Shown here: positions 41,600 through 50,853 of the stretch, in pieces
Layout of the letters: every line of letters begins with the position of its first letter
Numbering within the stretch: position 1 is the first letter of the stretch
DNA from: a virus
Reading direction: 5' to 3' (one strand)
IMG/VR virus record: IMGVR_UViG_3300045391_001776
Length of the DNA stretch: 57,959 nucleotides
The notes under the pieces: model-generated
Database searches by the model: none
What the model saw: only the letters and a program-made list of their open reading frames with translations
What the model was told of the DNA's origin: nothing
Translations under genes and position numbers: made by a program

Positions 41600-42384
41600 G
41601 CCTTCTGGACCAAAACCTCACCCTGCCGAAGAACCTCGGCGACTGGTGCCGGATGCGCGCCGAGGCAATCGAGCGCTTCCAGCTCCACTCCGATGGCATC
41701 CGACAGATCGAGCACGACCTGGACACCTTCGCCGACCACCTCATGCCGCACGATGCCGTGCCGCGTTGTGACGTCCAGGAATTTGCCAAGGACTTGGACC
41801 GTGCGTTCTGGCGAAAGGCGTTCGACGTTACGAATTTTTTGCAGGTCATGGACCAGCAGGCGCGGAGCGAGTTCTTCAAGTCCGTAGAAGAAAACCCGCC
41901 CGCCTTCACTGAGGACAACGTCCGGTCGACGTTCCTCTCGCTGGCGGCTGAAGTCGACACGATGTTCGCGCGCGGCATCTTCAACGTCTTCAGTTGGTTA
42001 TCGAAAGACCACAAAACCAACACGAACGAGCCCTTCAAAATAAATCCGAAGGCGATCCTGAACTATGTCGTAAACCTCCGCTACGGCGGGGGGCTTGAAG
42101 TTCGCACCTATTACGGCAACGGCGGCACGCTGAACGACATCGACCGAGTTTTCAAAACGCTCGACAACAAGAAGCACGTCCCGCGCGCACTCGAAATGGC
42201 GATGAACGACGCCTTCAAGAATTGGGAGGTATTCGAAGACGAATACTTCCGCGCCAAAGCGTTTCGCAATGGCAACTTGCACATTCAGTTCAAGCGCCAG
42301 GACTTGCTCGACCAGGCGAATCGGATCATTCACGACTACTGCGACGGCATCGCGCTGAAACATGCGCCGGCGAGAGCGGCATGA
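41596..42384 (+). CDS. DUF4942-like protein (262 aa)
   Basis: Start ATG 41596 (ATGA coupling). The C-terminal ...FRAKAFRNGNLHIQFKRQDLLDQAN resembles the DUF4942 C-terminus as I recall it; an HMM check is needed. Confidence 0.4.
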   Translation: MSLLDQNLTLPKNLGDWCRMRAEAIERFQLHSDGIRQIEHDLDTFADHLMPHDAVPRCDVQEFAKDLDRAFWRKAFDVTNFLQVMDQQARSEFFKSVEENPPAFTEDNVRSTFLSLAAEVDTMFARGIFNVFSWLSKDHKTNTNEPFKINPKAILNYVVNLRYGGGLEVRTYYGNGGTLNDIDRVFKTLDNKKHVPRALEMAMNDAFKNWEVFEDEYFRAKAFRNGNLHIQFKRQDLLDQANRIIHDYCDGIALKHAPARAA

Positions 42385-42662
42385 ACATTGTCGCCATCGA
42401 CATTGCTTTGCGTACGAACCTTGCTGGTTGGGTCTCTACTCGAATTCGTCACTTCGTAGAACGGCACGGTTCACCGCTCAGCCTAGTTTGTTGGTGGCGT
42501 GGCCACGAGTACCCAATGGCGCTGTGCCCTGGTTACTGCATTTACTTTTGCGCTCGATGCGGCAAGGAACTGTGCGGGAGAACTCTCGAGCAGATCGACG
42601 AGCTTCCCCCAATTCCAGACGATCTTCGCGAGCAACTTGATCAGCTAGAAGGATGGGACTAA
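42381..42662 (+). CDS. Hypothetical Cys-rich protein (93 aa)
   Basis: ATGA coupling. C..C...C..C pattern (CPGYCIYFCARCGKELC). Confidence 0.45.
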   Translation: MNIVAIDIALRTNLAGWVSTRIRHFVERHGSPLSLVCWWRGHEYPMALCPGYCIYFCARCGKELCGRTLEQIDELPPIPDDLREQLDQLEGWD

Positions 42663-42871
42663 TGCCACCGCTTCGAGAACTGATTCTGCGCGCACTGAAG
42701 GGCCGTCGTGGCGTTACGTCGGCCGCCCTTTCAGCCGAACTCAACGCCCCTATCACCGACGTCATCATCGAACTCTCCGTTCTCGTGGACGATGGCCTCG
42801 TTGACGCCCACACGCCAGCCGACCGTGGGGAAATGCCGACCTACCACCTCACGGAGGAAGTAACGGTATGA
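42662..42871 (+). CDS. Small wHTH-like protein (69 aa)
   Basis: TAATG coupling. LRELILRALKGRRGVTSAALSAELNAPITDVIIELSVLVDDGLV resembles a MarR/ArsR-type winged helix. Confidence 0.45.
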   Translation: MPPLRELILRALKGRRGVTSAALSAELNAPITDVIIELSVLVDDGLVDAHTPADRGEMPTYHLTEEVTV

Positions 42872-43065
42872 AGACGATCAAGAAACTGTGGCTGTCCCTG
42901 CGTCTGCGCCTGTCGCGCGCGAAAGTCGCGGCCATCCAAAACTGCATCGTGGACGAAGAATTGGAGCTGGTTGGTATTCGCAAGGAACTCGAAAGCCTGC
43001 ACTCGTTTATGGCCGACGAGCAGAAGCGCGCCATCAACCTCGAAACGGACCTGCAACTCTCATGA
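42868..43065 (+). CDS. Small coiled-coil protein (65 aa)
   Basis: ATGA coupling at both ends. Confidence 0.45.
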   Translation: MKTIKKLWLSLRLRLSRAKVAAIQNCIVDEELELVGIRKELESLHSFMADEQKRAINLETDLQLS

Positions 43066-44318
43066 AGTTTGCGCACGCCAGCGATCTGCACTTCGCGCCC
43101 AAGACGCTTGAGGAGGTTCGCCCCTGTTTTAGCGTCTTCGTCGAAACCGCCATCGCCGAAGAGTGTGACGTCGCTGTTATCTCGGGCGACCTATTCGACC
43201 ATCGCGTCGACTTACATGCCCCCGCCGTGTCCTGCCTGTTCCAACTCGTCGCCAGGCTCGCCGATCATATGCCGGTGCTGATACTTCAGGGGACGTATTC
43301 CCACGACGTTCCGGGATCGCTCGACGTGTTCCGCACCATTGGTGTCCGCTTCCCCGTATACGTAGCCGATAAAATTCAGCAGGTCGCCCTTACGTTTTCG
43401 AACGACAAAACACAGTGCTTCTGGCGACCGTCCGAGGGGCGCAATCTCGGCAAAGTCCAATTTGAAGGGTTCGTTCATCCGACCGACGTCCTATTCTCCT
43501 GTCTCCCGCCCGTCAACAAGAGCGTTGTCGCCGCAACGGCTGGCACCGACAACGTTGCGTTCGCCGCCGGCGAACACGTGGCCGCCGTCCTGGAAGGATG
43601 GGCAGAGAACAACCTACGCGCCCGTGCCGCCGGAATTCCGACTGTTGTTGTTACACATGGAACCGTTCACGGCTGCGTCACTGAGCACGGGGTACCGATG
43701 GCTGGCCTCGATCACGAATACACCACCGGCGCGCTCTTCGCGTCGCAAGCTTCGGCGATCCTTGTCGGCCACATCCACAAACACCAGTCCTGGAAGAACC
43801 CCATCGACGCAGGCTGTTATCAAACCATCGCTTACCCAGGATCGATCGGTCGCCTTCACTTCGGCGAGTTAGACCCGAAAGGTTTTCTTATCTGGGAGAT
43901 AACCGCAGAACGCTCCTTGTTCGAGTTCCGCGAAACACCGGCAAAGCGATTACTGGAAAAAACGTTCGAAGGAATTCCGACCGAGTTCGAATTGGCGGCG
44001 CTCGCTCGCGATGCCGCCGGCGCGCACGTTCGTATTCGCTACACCGTGGACGAAGAGAACCGAAGCGCGGTCGACAAAGAAGCAATCGTTGCCATGTTCA
44101 AACACGCCGGCGCGCTCAAACTCGAAGGCACGATTAAGCCGATTCAGCGCACACGCAGCGAAGGGATGAACCGCGCTTCGTCGCTGCGAGAAAAGTTGGA
44201 CAAATGGTGCGGGGTCACATCCGTTGCCGCCGGTCCCTTGGTAGAGAGGTTGGATCTGCTTCAGCAGAAAGACCCGGCCGATATCGTGCGCAACCTGTCA
44301 CGGGAGCAATCGTCGTGA
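43062..44318 (+). CDS. SbcD/Mre11-like metallophosphoesterase nuclease subunit (418 aa)
   Basis: Start ATG 43062. Calcineurin-type motifs ASDLHF, SGDLFDH, GTYSHD, VTHGTVHG, VGHIHKH. Confidence 0.75.
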   Translation: MKFAHASDLHFAPKTLEEVRPCFSVFVETAIAEECDVAVISGDLFDHRVDLHAPAVSCLFQLVARLADHMPVLILQGTYSHDVPGSLDVFRTIGVRFPVYVADKIQQVALTFSNDKTQCFWRPSEGRNLGKVQFEGFVHPTDVLFSCLPPVNKSVVAATAGTDNVAFAAGEHVAAVLEGWAENNLRARAAGIPTVVVTHGTVHGCVTEHGVPMAGLDHEYTTGALFASQASAILVGHIHKHQSWKNPIDAGCYQTIAYPGSIGRLHFGELDPKGFLIWEITAERSLFEFRETPAKRLLEKTFEGIPTEFELAALARDAAGAHVRIRYTVDEENRSAVDKEAIVAMFKHAGALKLEGTIKPIQRTRSEGMNRASSLREKLDKWCGVTSVAAGPLVERLDLLQQKDPADIVRNLSREQSS

Positions 44319-46132
44319 AACAGAGGAACCGCCGCCACAATCGTATGCAGGGATCCCTCCCGTTCGAGCACGAACTGGTGGTCGACTTGTTCGCTGGTGG
44401 TGGTGGTGCCTCGGACGCCATGGAATTGGAACTAGGAAGATGCCCCGACATCGCGATCAATCACGATCCGAACGCCATTTCCATGCACACGGTAAACCAT
44501 CCGCACACGACTCATTACTGTGAGGACGTGTACGCGGTGGATCCTGTCAAAGCTACGCGCGGTCGCCCAATCGGGCTCCTACATGCAAGCCCGGATTGCA
44601 CGCATCACAGCCAGGCGAAAGGCGGTCAGCCACGCAGCAAGGAAATACGTTCGCTATCTTGGGTTGTCCTCAAGTGGGCGGGGAAAACCAAACCGCGTTG
44701 CATTACGCTGGAAAACGTCGAGCAAATACTTCAGTGGTCGCCGCTCGTTTCGAAGCGCTGCAAAGAATCCGGTCGTGTAATCAAGGTCGATGGTTCAGTT
44801 GCCGCGCCAGGCGAGCGTGTCCCAGTCCAAGAACAGTTTCTCGTTCCGTGCAAAAAACGACGTGGGAAAAACTGGCGCCACTTCGTCTCAGCCCTTCGCG
44901 CCATGGGCTACAAGGTTGAATGGAAGAAACTGCGTGCCAGCCACTATGGCGCCGGCACCTCACGCGAGCGCCTGTTCATGATGGCGCGTCGCGATGGACT
45001 CCCAATCCGTTGGCCGAAACCGACGCACGGAAAAACCAAGGGTCTCAAACGCGTTGTCGCTGCAGCCGACTCTATCGATTGGTCGATTCCGTGTCCTTCC
45101 ATTTTCGACAGACCGAAACCTCTTGCGGATGCCACGCTCCGTCGCATCGCCAAGGGAATAAAGCGGTACGTACTGGACGCCGCCGAGCCGTTTATCGTTC
45201 CGGTAACACACGCCGGCCACGACCGAGTTCATTCCATCAACGATCCGCTGCGCACGATCACGACGGCAAGCCGCGGCGAGTTCATGCTCTGTTCCCCAAC
45301 CCTTATCCAGACGAGCTACGGGGAACGCAAAGGACAAGAGCCGCGCGTCCCGGGTCTTGATAAGCCTCTGGGCACAATCGTCGCCGGCGGGATCAAGCAC
45401 GCGATCGTCGCTGCACATTTGACCAAGTTCCGCCAGGGGTCGACTGGGAACTCCCTGGACGAACCTCTACCCACGATCACTGCGGGAGGATCTGCCAAGG
45501 GTCGTCCAGCCGGCGCTGCTCACGCCATGGGGATCGTTAGCGCATTCCTCGAGCAAGCCAATACAGGCATGGTCGGTCACGATGCACGTGAACCCGTCAG
45601 CACGATCGTACAGAAGGCATGCACTCAGCGCGTCGTCGCGGCAAGTCTCGTCACCCTGCGCGGCGATAATGTCGGCGCCGCGGCTTCTGACCCTCTGCGC
45701 ACTGTTAGCGCCGGTGGCGAACATCACGCGCTGGTGGAATACCAACTTTCGCCAGAAGCTGAAGCGGGCGCGCTTCGTGTCGCTGCGTTCCTAATCCGTT
45801 ATTACAGCGAGGGCGGCCAGTGGGGCGACTTGCGCGAACCGCTGGACACCATCACGACCCGCGATCGCCTGGCGCTGGTAACGGTAACGATTCACGGAAC
45901 ACCGTACGTCATCGTGGATATCGGCCTGCGGATGTTGGTTCCGAAGGAACTGTTTCGAGCTCAAGGGTTCCGTCCGACGTACATCTTCGACCGCGGCGCG
46001 GACGGCAAGCCGTTCCCGAAAACGGTCCAGGTTCGTATGGTAGGAAACTCGATCAGCCCTCCACCATACCAGGCGCTCCTTCGCGAGAACTTCCTGCATG
46101 AACAACTGTTCGCCCAGGAGGGTGCTGCATGA
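44315..46132 (+). CDS. DNA (cytosine-5)-methyltransferase with an expanded, repetitive target-recognition region (about 605 aa)
   Basis: FAGGGG (motif I), SPDCTHHSQAKGG (motif IV), TLENVEQI (VI), RAQGF (IX), VGNSISPP (X). Start is GTG 44315 (GTGA overlap) or ATG 44345. Confidence 0.8.
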   Translation: MKQRNRRHNRMQGSLPFEHELVVDLFAGGGGASDAMELELGRCPDIAINHDPNAISMHTVNHPHTTHYCEDVYAVDPVKATRGRPIGLLHASPDCTHHSQAKGGQPRSKEIRSLSWVVLKWAGKTKPRCITLENVEQILQWSPLVSKRCKESGRVIKVDGSVAAPGERVPVQEQFLVPCKKRRGKNWRHFVSALRAMGYKVEWKKLRASHYGAGTSRERLFMMARRDGLPIRWPKPTHGKTKGLKRVVAAADSIDWSIPCPSIFDRPKPLADATLRRIAKGIKRYVLDAAEPFIVPVTHAGHDRVHSINDPLRTITTASRGEFMLCSPTLIQTSYGERKGQEPRVPGLDKPLGTIVAGGIKHAIVAAHLTKFRQGSTGNSLDEPLPTITAGGSAKGRPAGAAHAMGIVSAFLEQANTGMVGHDAREPVSTIVQKACTQRVVAASLVTLRGDNVGAAASDPLRTVSAGGEHHALVEYQLSPEAEAGALRVAAFLIRYYSEGGQWGDLREPLDTITTRDRLALVTVTIHGTPYVIVDIGLRMLVPKELFRAQGFRPTYIFDRGADGKPFPKTVQVRMVGNSISPPPYQALLRENFLHEQLFAQEGAA

Positions 46133-48606
46133 TTCCGAAAACCCTCCGACTTAAGGGGTTCATCGGTATCAAGTCCGGCCTAGGGCTGGATGAGATACGC
46201 CTTGACGTCGACAAGCTCGTTGGCGACGCCCAACTGATATCGATCGTTGGCGCCAACGGCAAAGGCAAGTCGACCATCCTCGACAACCTGCACCCGTACC
46301 GCATCATGCCGAGCCGCGCCGGTTCGTACTCGCCTGGCAGCTTTTCGTTCTACGACAACGTGTATGGGTCCAGCGCCCTGAAGGAACTGGAGTTCGAACA
46401 CGGCGGACATCGGTACCGCTCGACACTCGTGTTCAAGATGGGTGAGAAAACGAGAAAAACCGAGTGCTACCTGCACGAGTGGAACGGTGCGCAGTGGGAA
46501 GCCACGTGCGTGAACAATGTCACAAGCGACGGGAAAACCGATACGTACGACCGCTGTCTCGAAAGCATCCTCGGGACACCGGAGATGTTCTTCACCTCTG
46601 CATTCGCAGCGCAGGGCCGCCCTTCCCTGTCCAGCTACACGAACGGCGAAATTAAGGGATTACTGTCCGAACTGCTCGGGCTGAACAACATTCTGGCGCT
46701 CGGCGAGAAGGCAAACGAGGTATGCAAAGGGTTCAAGAGCGCACTCGAAGGAATGCGCGATGACCTGCATCAACTAGAAAGCTTAGAAGCCGAGCACACG
46801 AAAGCCAGTGAGTCGCTTATTTTGGACGAAGAGCGCCATGCGGTACTGGTCGCGCAAAAACCAAATGCAAAAGAACTCGTCGCCGCAGCGTCTCACCATC
46901 TTACCAATGCGAAAGCAGAACTCGGCGCGTCGGCCGAAACTGAAAGCCGGCGTATCCGGCTTAATGCACAGGTTTCAACAATTGACTCTCGGTATACCGA
47001 TATCGCTCGGCAAATCGATACTGATGAACGTACTGCGAACCATGAAGCGCAGCGAGCCATCGACGGCCTGAACACTCACCTTTCAACGCTTCGTACGAAT
47101 CGCATCACAGAATTAGGCAACATCAACAAGTGGAAGGGGTTGCTGTCTCGCAAGTCGGAGATAGACGCCGCTGTGTCGCGCCTGCCTACCGTAACTGCAG
47201 ACGACAACGCCGCGGCACAAGAACTCGACGCGGCCAGGATCAAAGTCGAAAAGTATAGAGGTTTGAAAGCCGAGTGCGACACGCTTCGCAACCAACTATC
47301 GGGGATCAGCACCGAGGCGGCGAACGCCAACGAACGCCACCAATCCCTATGCAAGCGATCGGCCTTGATCGATGAAGTACCGTGCAAAGGAACCGATCTC
47401 CAGAAGCGCTGCAGCCTTTTAGCCGAGGCTAACACCGCTAAATCGACTGTCCCCCAGGTTGTAGCTTTACTCGACCAGAAGCGCACCGAATACGCCGCCA
47501 TAGCAGCCAAAGGGAAGGCTATCGAGGCGGTAATACAGGAAATGGGCAACGTCGAAGCCGCATTGCGCGACGCTGAAGCGAAAAAGAATCTCAGCGCCGC
47601 AACTCTGCGGGCAACTTCAGAGCTAGCCGTACAGGCTGATGGGCTCGGCCGCCTCGAGGAGTTTATCGCACTCGCCACACAGCGCATCGCGGATATCGAC
47701 AGTTCAACATCGTACGACCAAACGAAGATCGCCGACATCCAGAAGGAAACCGACGCGCGGATGGCCGAACTCAAGGCCCGACGCGCGGACTCTGACGCCA
47801 AGCGTAAGGGCGAACTTGACGCCATTAATCACGAACTCGCCCTTCTTCCGCCGCCAGTTGGTACTGGCGCGGTAGAGGCCGCAACTGCTGCGCTATCGAA
47901 CGCGGAAGCGGCGCTTACCGCGCTGGAACAAGAACTCGAACAACTAAATATTGCGATTGGTACCCACCGCGAAACTCTTCGCCAAATCGACATTGCCTTG
48001 GCCAATGCCGGAAATATGCGCCGGAAAGCGGCCCTACTGGAACAGGAAATTGGCTACTGGACCACGCTTTCCAAGGCTCTTGGCACGGATGGCATCGTAG
48101 CCCTATCCATCGATGACGCGGGCCCAACGCTCTCCAGCATGGCAAACGACCTGCTGATGACCTGTTACGGACCACGGTTCACGGTATCGATGCAGACCCA
48201 GGAGCAAAACGCAAAGGGTCAACTCAAGGAAGTATTCGACATCATTGTATTCGATGCAGAACGCGATGAACGCAAATCGCTGAAGGACATGTCAGGCGGC
48301 GAAAAGATTTATATCAACGACGTTCTCACTCGCGTCATAGCTCTGTATCAGGCGCAGTCATCCGGCCAGAAATACGGATGCCTGTTTTCGGACGAAAGCG
48401 ACGGCGCTCTCGATCCTGAAAAGAAACTCCAGTTTGTGAAAATGAAACGAGAGATTCTCCGTGCCGGTGGATACGAGCGCGAGTTCTACATATCGCATTC
48501 CAAGGATGTGCAGGAATGTGCCGATGCAATCATAAACATGGAATCGTTTATCAACGAAGGAAGAAACGGGGACGTCCATGCTGATTCTCACGCGTCGAGT
48601 AGGTGA
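46129..48606 (+). CDS. SbcC/Rad50-like SMC-type ATPase (825 aa)
   Basis: Walker [10 protein letters not shown], long coiled coil, signature MSGGEKIY, Walker [17 protein letters not shown]-coupled to the methyltransferase gene. Confidence 0.8.
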   Translation: MIPKTLRLKGFIGIKSGLGLDEIRLDVDKLVGDAQLISIVGANGKGKSTILDNLHPYRIMPSRAGSYSPGSFSFYDNVYGSSALKELEFEHGGHRYRSTLVFKMGEKTRKTECYLHEWNGAQWEATCVNNVTSDGKTDTYDRCLESILGTPEMFFTSAFAAQGRPSLSSYTNGEIKGLLSELLGLNNILALGEKANEVCKGFKSALEGMRDDLHQLESLEAEHTKASESLILDEERHAVLVAQKPNAKELVAAASHHLTNAKAELGASAETESRRIRLNAQVSTIDSRYTDIARQIDTDERTANHEAQRAIDGLNTHLSTLRTNRITELGNINKWKGLLSRKSEIDAAVSRLPTVTADDNAAAQELDAARIKVEKYRGLKAECDTLRNQLSGISTEAANANERHQSLCKRSALIDEVPCKGTDLQKRCSLLAEANTAKSTVPQVVALLDQKRTEYAAIAAKGKAIEAVIQEMGNVEAALRDAEAKKNLSAATLRATSELAVQADGLGRLEEFIALATQRIADIDSSTSYDQTKIADIQKETDARMAELKARRADSDAKRKGELDAINHELALLPPPVGTGAVEAATAALSNAEAALTALEQELEQLNIAIGTHRETLRQIDIALANAGNMRRKAALLEQEIGYWTTLSKALGTDGIVALSIDDAGPTLSSMANDLLMTCYGPRFTVSMQTQEQNAKGQLKEVFDIIVFDAERDERKSLKDMSGGEKIYINDVLTRVIALYQAQSSGQKYGCLFSDESDGALDPEKKLQFVKMKREILRAGGYEREFYISHSKDVQECADAIINMESFINEGRNGDVHADSHASSR

Positions 48607-48766
48607 ATCCTTAATGATTGGTGACAACGTCAAGATCACGGTTTCCGAGATCAACGGTCGCCAAGTGAGGATCGGTATCGAAGCGCCGAAAGAGGTGCCA
48701 ATCCATCGTGAAGAGATTTTTAACCGCGTTCAAGTCGAAACAAAGAAAGGGGTGAGCCGTGGCTAG
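48578..48766 (+). CDS. csrA: Carbon storage regulator CsrA/RsmA homologue (62 aa)
   Basis: [45 protein letters not shown] is near-consensus CsrA. SD GGGGA. Overlaps the sbcC-like 3' end by 29 nt. Confidence 0.9.
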   Translation: MLILTRRVGESLMIGDNVKITVSEINGRQVRIGIEAPKEVPIHREEIFNRVQVETKKGVSRG

Positions 48767-49208
48767 AGGCGTAAATAAAGCAATTTTGCTCGGAAATCTT
48801 GGCCGGGATCCGGAAGTACGTTACTCGCCAGATGGTAAGGCCGTTGCCAACGTGACACTCGCAACGTCCGAGTCGTGGAAGGACAAAAACACAGGCGAGA
48901 AAGTTGAGAAAACCGAATGGCATCGCGTCGTGTTCTTCGGAAAGCTAGCCGAAGTCGCTGGCGAGTATCTGAAGAAGGGCGCACAAATTTACATCGAAGG
49001 TCGTATTCAGACACGGAAGTGGAAAGACCGCGACGGTGTCGACCGCTACACGACCGAAATTATCGGCGACGAAATGCGAATGCTCGGCTCGAAAGGTTCC
49101 GCTACTTCCACTAGTGAACGCCCGGCAGCCTCACCCGCCGCGGCGGCCCCCGCCGGCGCCGGAGAGAAATCAGCCGGTTCGGACTTCGACGACGACATCC
49201 CGTTCTAG
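48759..49208 (+). CDS. ssb: Single-stranded DNA-binding protein
   Basis: GTG start. [18 protein letters not shown]...[14 protein letters not shown]...[12 protein letters not shown]... and the acidic tail DFDDDIPF. Confidence 0.95.
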   Translation: MARGVNKAILLGNLGRDPEVRYSPDGKAVANVTLATSESWKDKNTGEKVEKTEWHRVVFFGKLAEVAGEYLKKGAQIYIEGRIQTRKWKDRDGVDRYTTEIIGDEMRMLGSKGSATSTSERPAASPAAAAPAGAGEKSAGSDFDDDIPF

Positions 49209-49225
49209 GGTTACACGAGACGCAT

Positions 49226-49834
49226 ATGCCACGCGCGAAAGAACCATCGCTGGACCAATTCCTGAAGGATGTGTCAGGACACGTGATGACCGTTATCCGC
49301 GATGACGGTGTTAATCGTCACATCCGGTTTCGTCGCCCAGATACCGGGAACATGGCTTTCGAGCTACTGACCTGGCCCGGATACCTCTGTTACACCGGTG
49401 ACATGGGAACGTACGTCTTCAGCCGTATCGAGGACATGTTCAAGTTCTTCCGTCCCGAAAGGAAAGAGCGGGAAATCACCAACCTCTTCATTAACCCCTA
49501 TTACTGGTCAGAAAAGGTGAAGGCCGCTGACAGGGACGGCGTAGACGAATTCGACGCTGAGGTTGCACGCGATGCCGTTATGACCTGGATGAAGGACTAC
49601 GAGTTCTCGCCGAAGTCGCGCGAACTGGTGATGGACAATGTCCTGAGCAGGCTAGATGACGGTGAGCATTGGTTCGTAACTGCCGCGTACGACTTCCGCA
49701 ACGGAGACGACGACTTCGAGGAGTTCTTTCATACAAACCTGCGGTCGTACACCTTCCGCTACATCTGGTGCTGCTACGCAATGGTCTGGGGTATCGACCA
49801 GTACGACAGAGCGCGATCGGAGAAAACAACGTGA
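49226..49834 (+). CDS. Hypothetical protein (202 aa)
   Basis: Clear coding frame. Conserved-looking LTWPGYLCYTGDMGTYVF. No function recognised. Confidence 0.5.
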   Translation: MPRAKEPSLDQFLKDVSGHVMTVIRDDGVNRHIRFRRPDTGNMAFELLTWPGYLCYTGDMGTYVFSRIEDMFKFFRPERKEREITNLFINPYYWSEKVKAADRDGVDEFDAEVARDAVMTWMKDYEFSPKSRELVMDNVLSRLDDGEHWFVTAAYDFRNGDDDFEEFFHTNLRSYTFRYIWCCYAMVWGIDQYDRARSEKTT

Positions 49835-50337
49835 CAGCCGTCAGCCTAAGCCCATCTGGCGCAAAGTTCTCTCCGTGCCGCACCTGGCGATATTCGCTCT
49901 GGCGAGTATGGCGCCCATCCGGTGGCATGTGCGCATTCATTGGGCTTAATCCGAGCACGGCGGATGAGTCCGTCAATGACCCAACCGTCCGACGCTGCAT
50001 TGAGTTCGCTCGCGACTGGGGATACGGCGGCATGTACATGCTGAATGCTTTCGCGTTTCGCGCGACCGACCCGCGCGTCATGAAGGCACATTCGGACCCC
50101 GTCGGTGCGGATAACGACCGTGCGCTGATGTATTTCTCCGGCTTGTCGATGATCACCATCGCAGCATGGGGTTGTCACGGCGCCCACCAGGATAGGCACT
50201 CGCGAGTGATTGAGCTTATCCCCAACCTTCATTGCCTCGGGATTACGAAACACGGATTCCCGAAACACCCGCTCTATCTCAGGGCTGACCTAAGACCAAT
50301 GCCGTACCCGATGGAGGCGTATCGTGCTCGCGCATGA
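49831..50337 (+). CDS. DUF1643-like protein (168 aa)
   Basis: GTG 49831 (GTGA coupling). FIGLNPSTADESVNDPTVRRCIEFA...MLNAFAFRATDP matches the DUF1643 pattern as I recall it. Confidence 0.55.
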   Translation: MTAVSLSPSGAKFSPCRTWRYSLWRVWRPSGGMCAFIGLNPSTADESVNDPTVRRCIEFARDWGYGGMYMLNAFAFRATDPRVMKAHSDPVGADNDRALMYFSGLSMITIAAWGCHGAHQDRHSRVIELIPNLHCLGITKHGFPKHPLYLRADLRPMPYPMEAYRARA

Positions 50338-50845
50338 ACAGCTCATGAAGTTTTGCTCAACCGACGATGGCTACCGTCTATACCTGCGTGCGCCATTTAC
50401 GCTTGACGGGAAAATTTATGCGACTAATGGCCACATCATGGTTCGCATCGACGCGTTCGACGGGCACCCGTATCACGAGCTTCCAGAAAAGGAAGGGCCA
50501 CGGAATGCCCCACAGATGTTTGATACGCATAAACCGAAAAATCTCACCGCCCTCCCAAACTGGGATCGTTCAATCGCAGACTTTCGGAACTGCTCAAGCT
50601 GCAACGGCACGGGACGCTGTTGCGAAGAGGACCACGTCGGTTCGATTGAGTGCGACGAGTGCGACGGCGGCAAAGTTCCGACATGGAACGGTGCGCCCAT
50701 AGGATCAAAAATGATTGGCACACGTTACCTTCGACTGATGGAAACACTGCCCGGACTAATGATCGATTTAACCGGCGAACCTCTCGAATGCATTCCTTTC
50801 GTCTTTGATGGAGGCGTCGGGCTCGTTATGCCGATGCGAAAGTAG
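50324..50845 (+). CDS. Hypothetical protein with a DnaJ-type CxxCxGxG zinc-finger segment (173 aa)
   Basis: CSSCNGTGRCC...CDECDGG. Start is GTG 50324 or ATG 50345. Confidence 0.45.
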   Translation: MLAHEQLMKFCSTDDGYRLYLRAPFTLDGKIYATNGHIMVRIDAFDGHPYHELPEKEGPRNAPQMFDTHKPKNLTALPNWDRSIADFRNCSSCNGTGRCCEEDHVGSIECDECDGGKVPTWNGAPIGSKMIGTRYLRLMETLPGLMIDLTGEPLECIPFVFDGGVGLVMPMRK

Positions 50846-50853
50846 GTCAGCGC

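Noticed and set aside
47076-47825. 249-aa minus-strand ORF antisense to the SbcC-like coiled-coil region. Similar cases: 51459..52058, 54141..54767, 31306..31947, 28439..29089, 23167..23706
   Set aside because: Ser/Ala/Arg-rich antisense artefacts inside well-supported genes. They do not fit the coupled operon structure.
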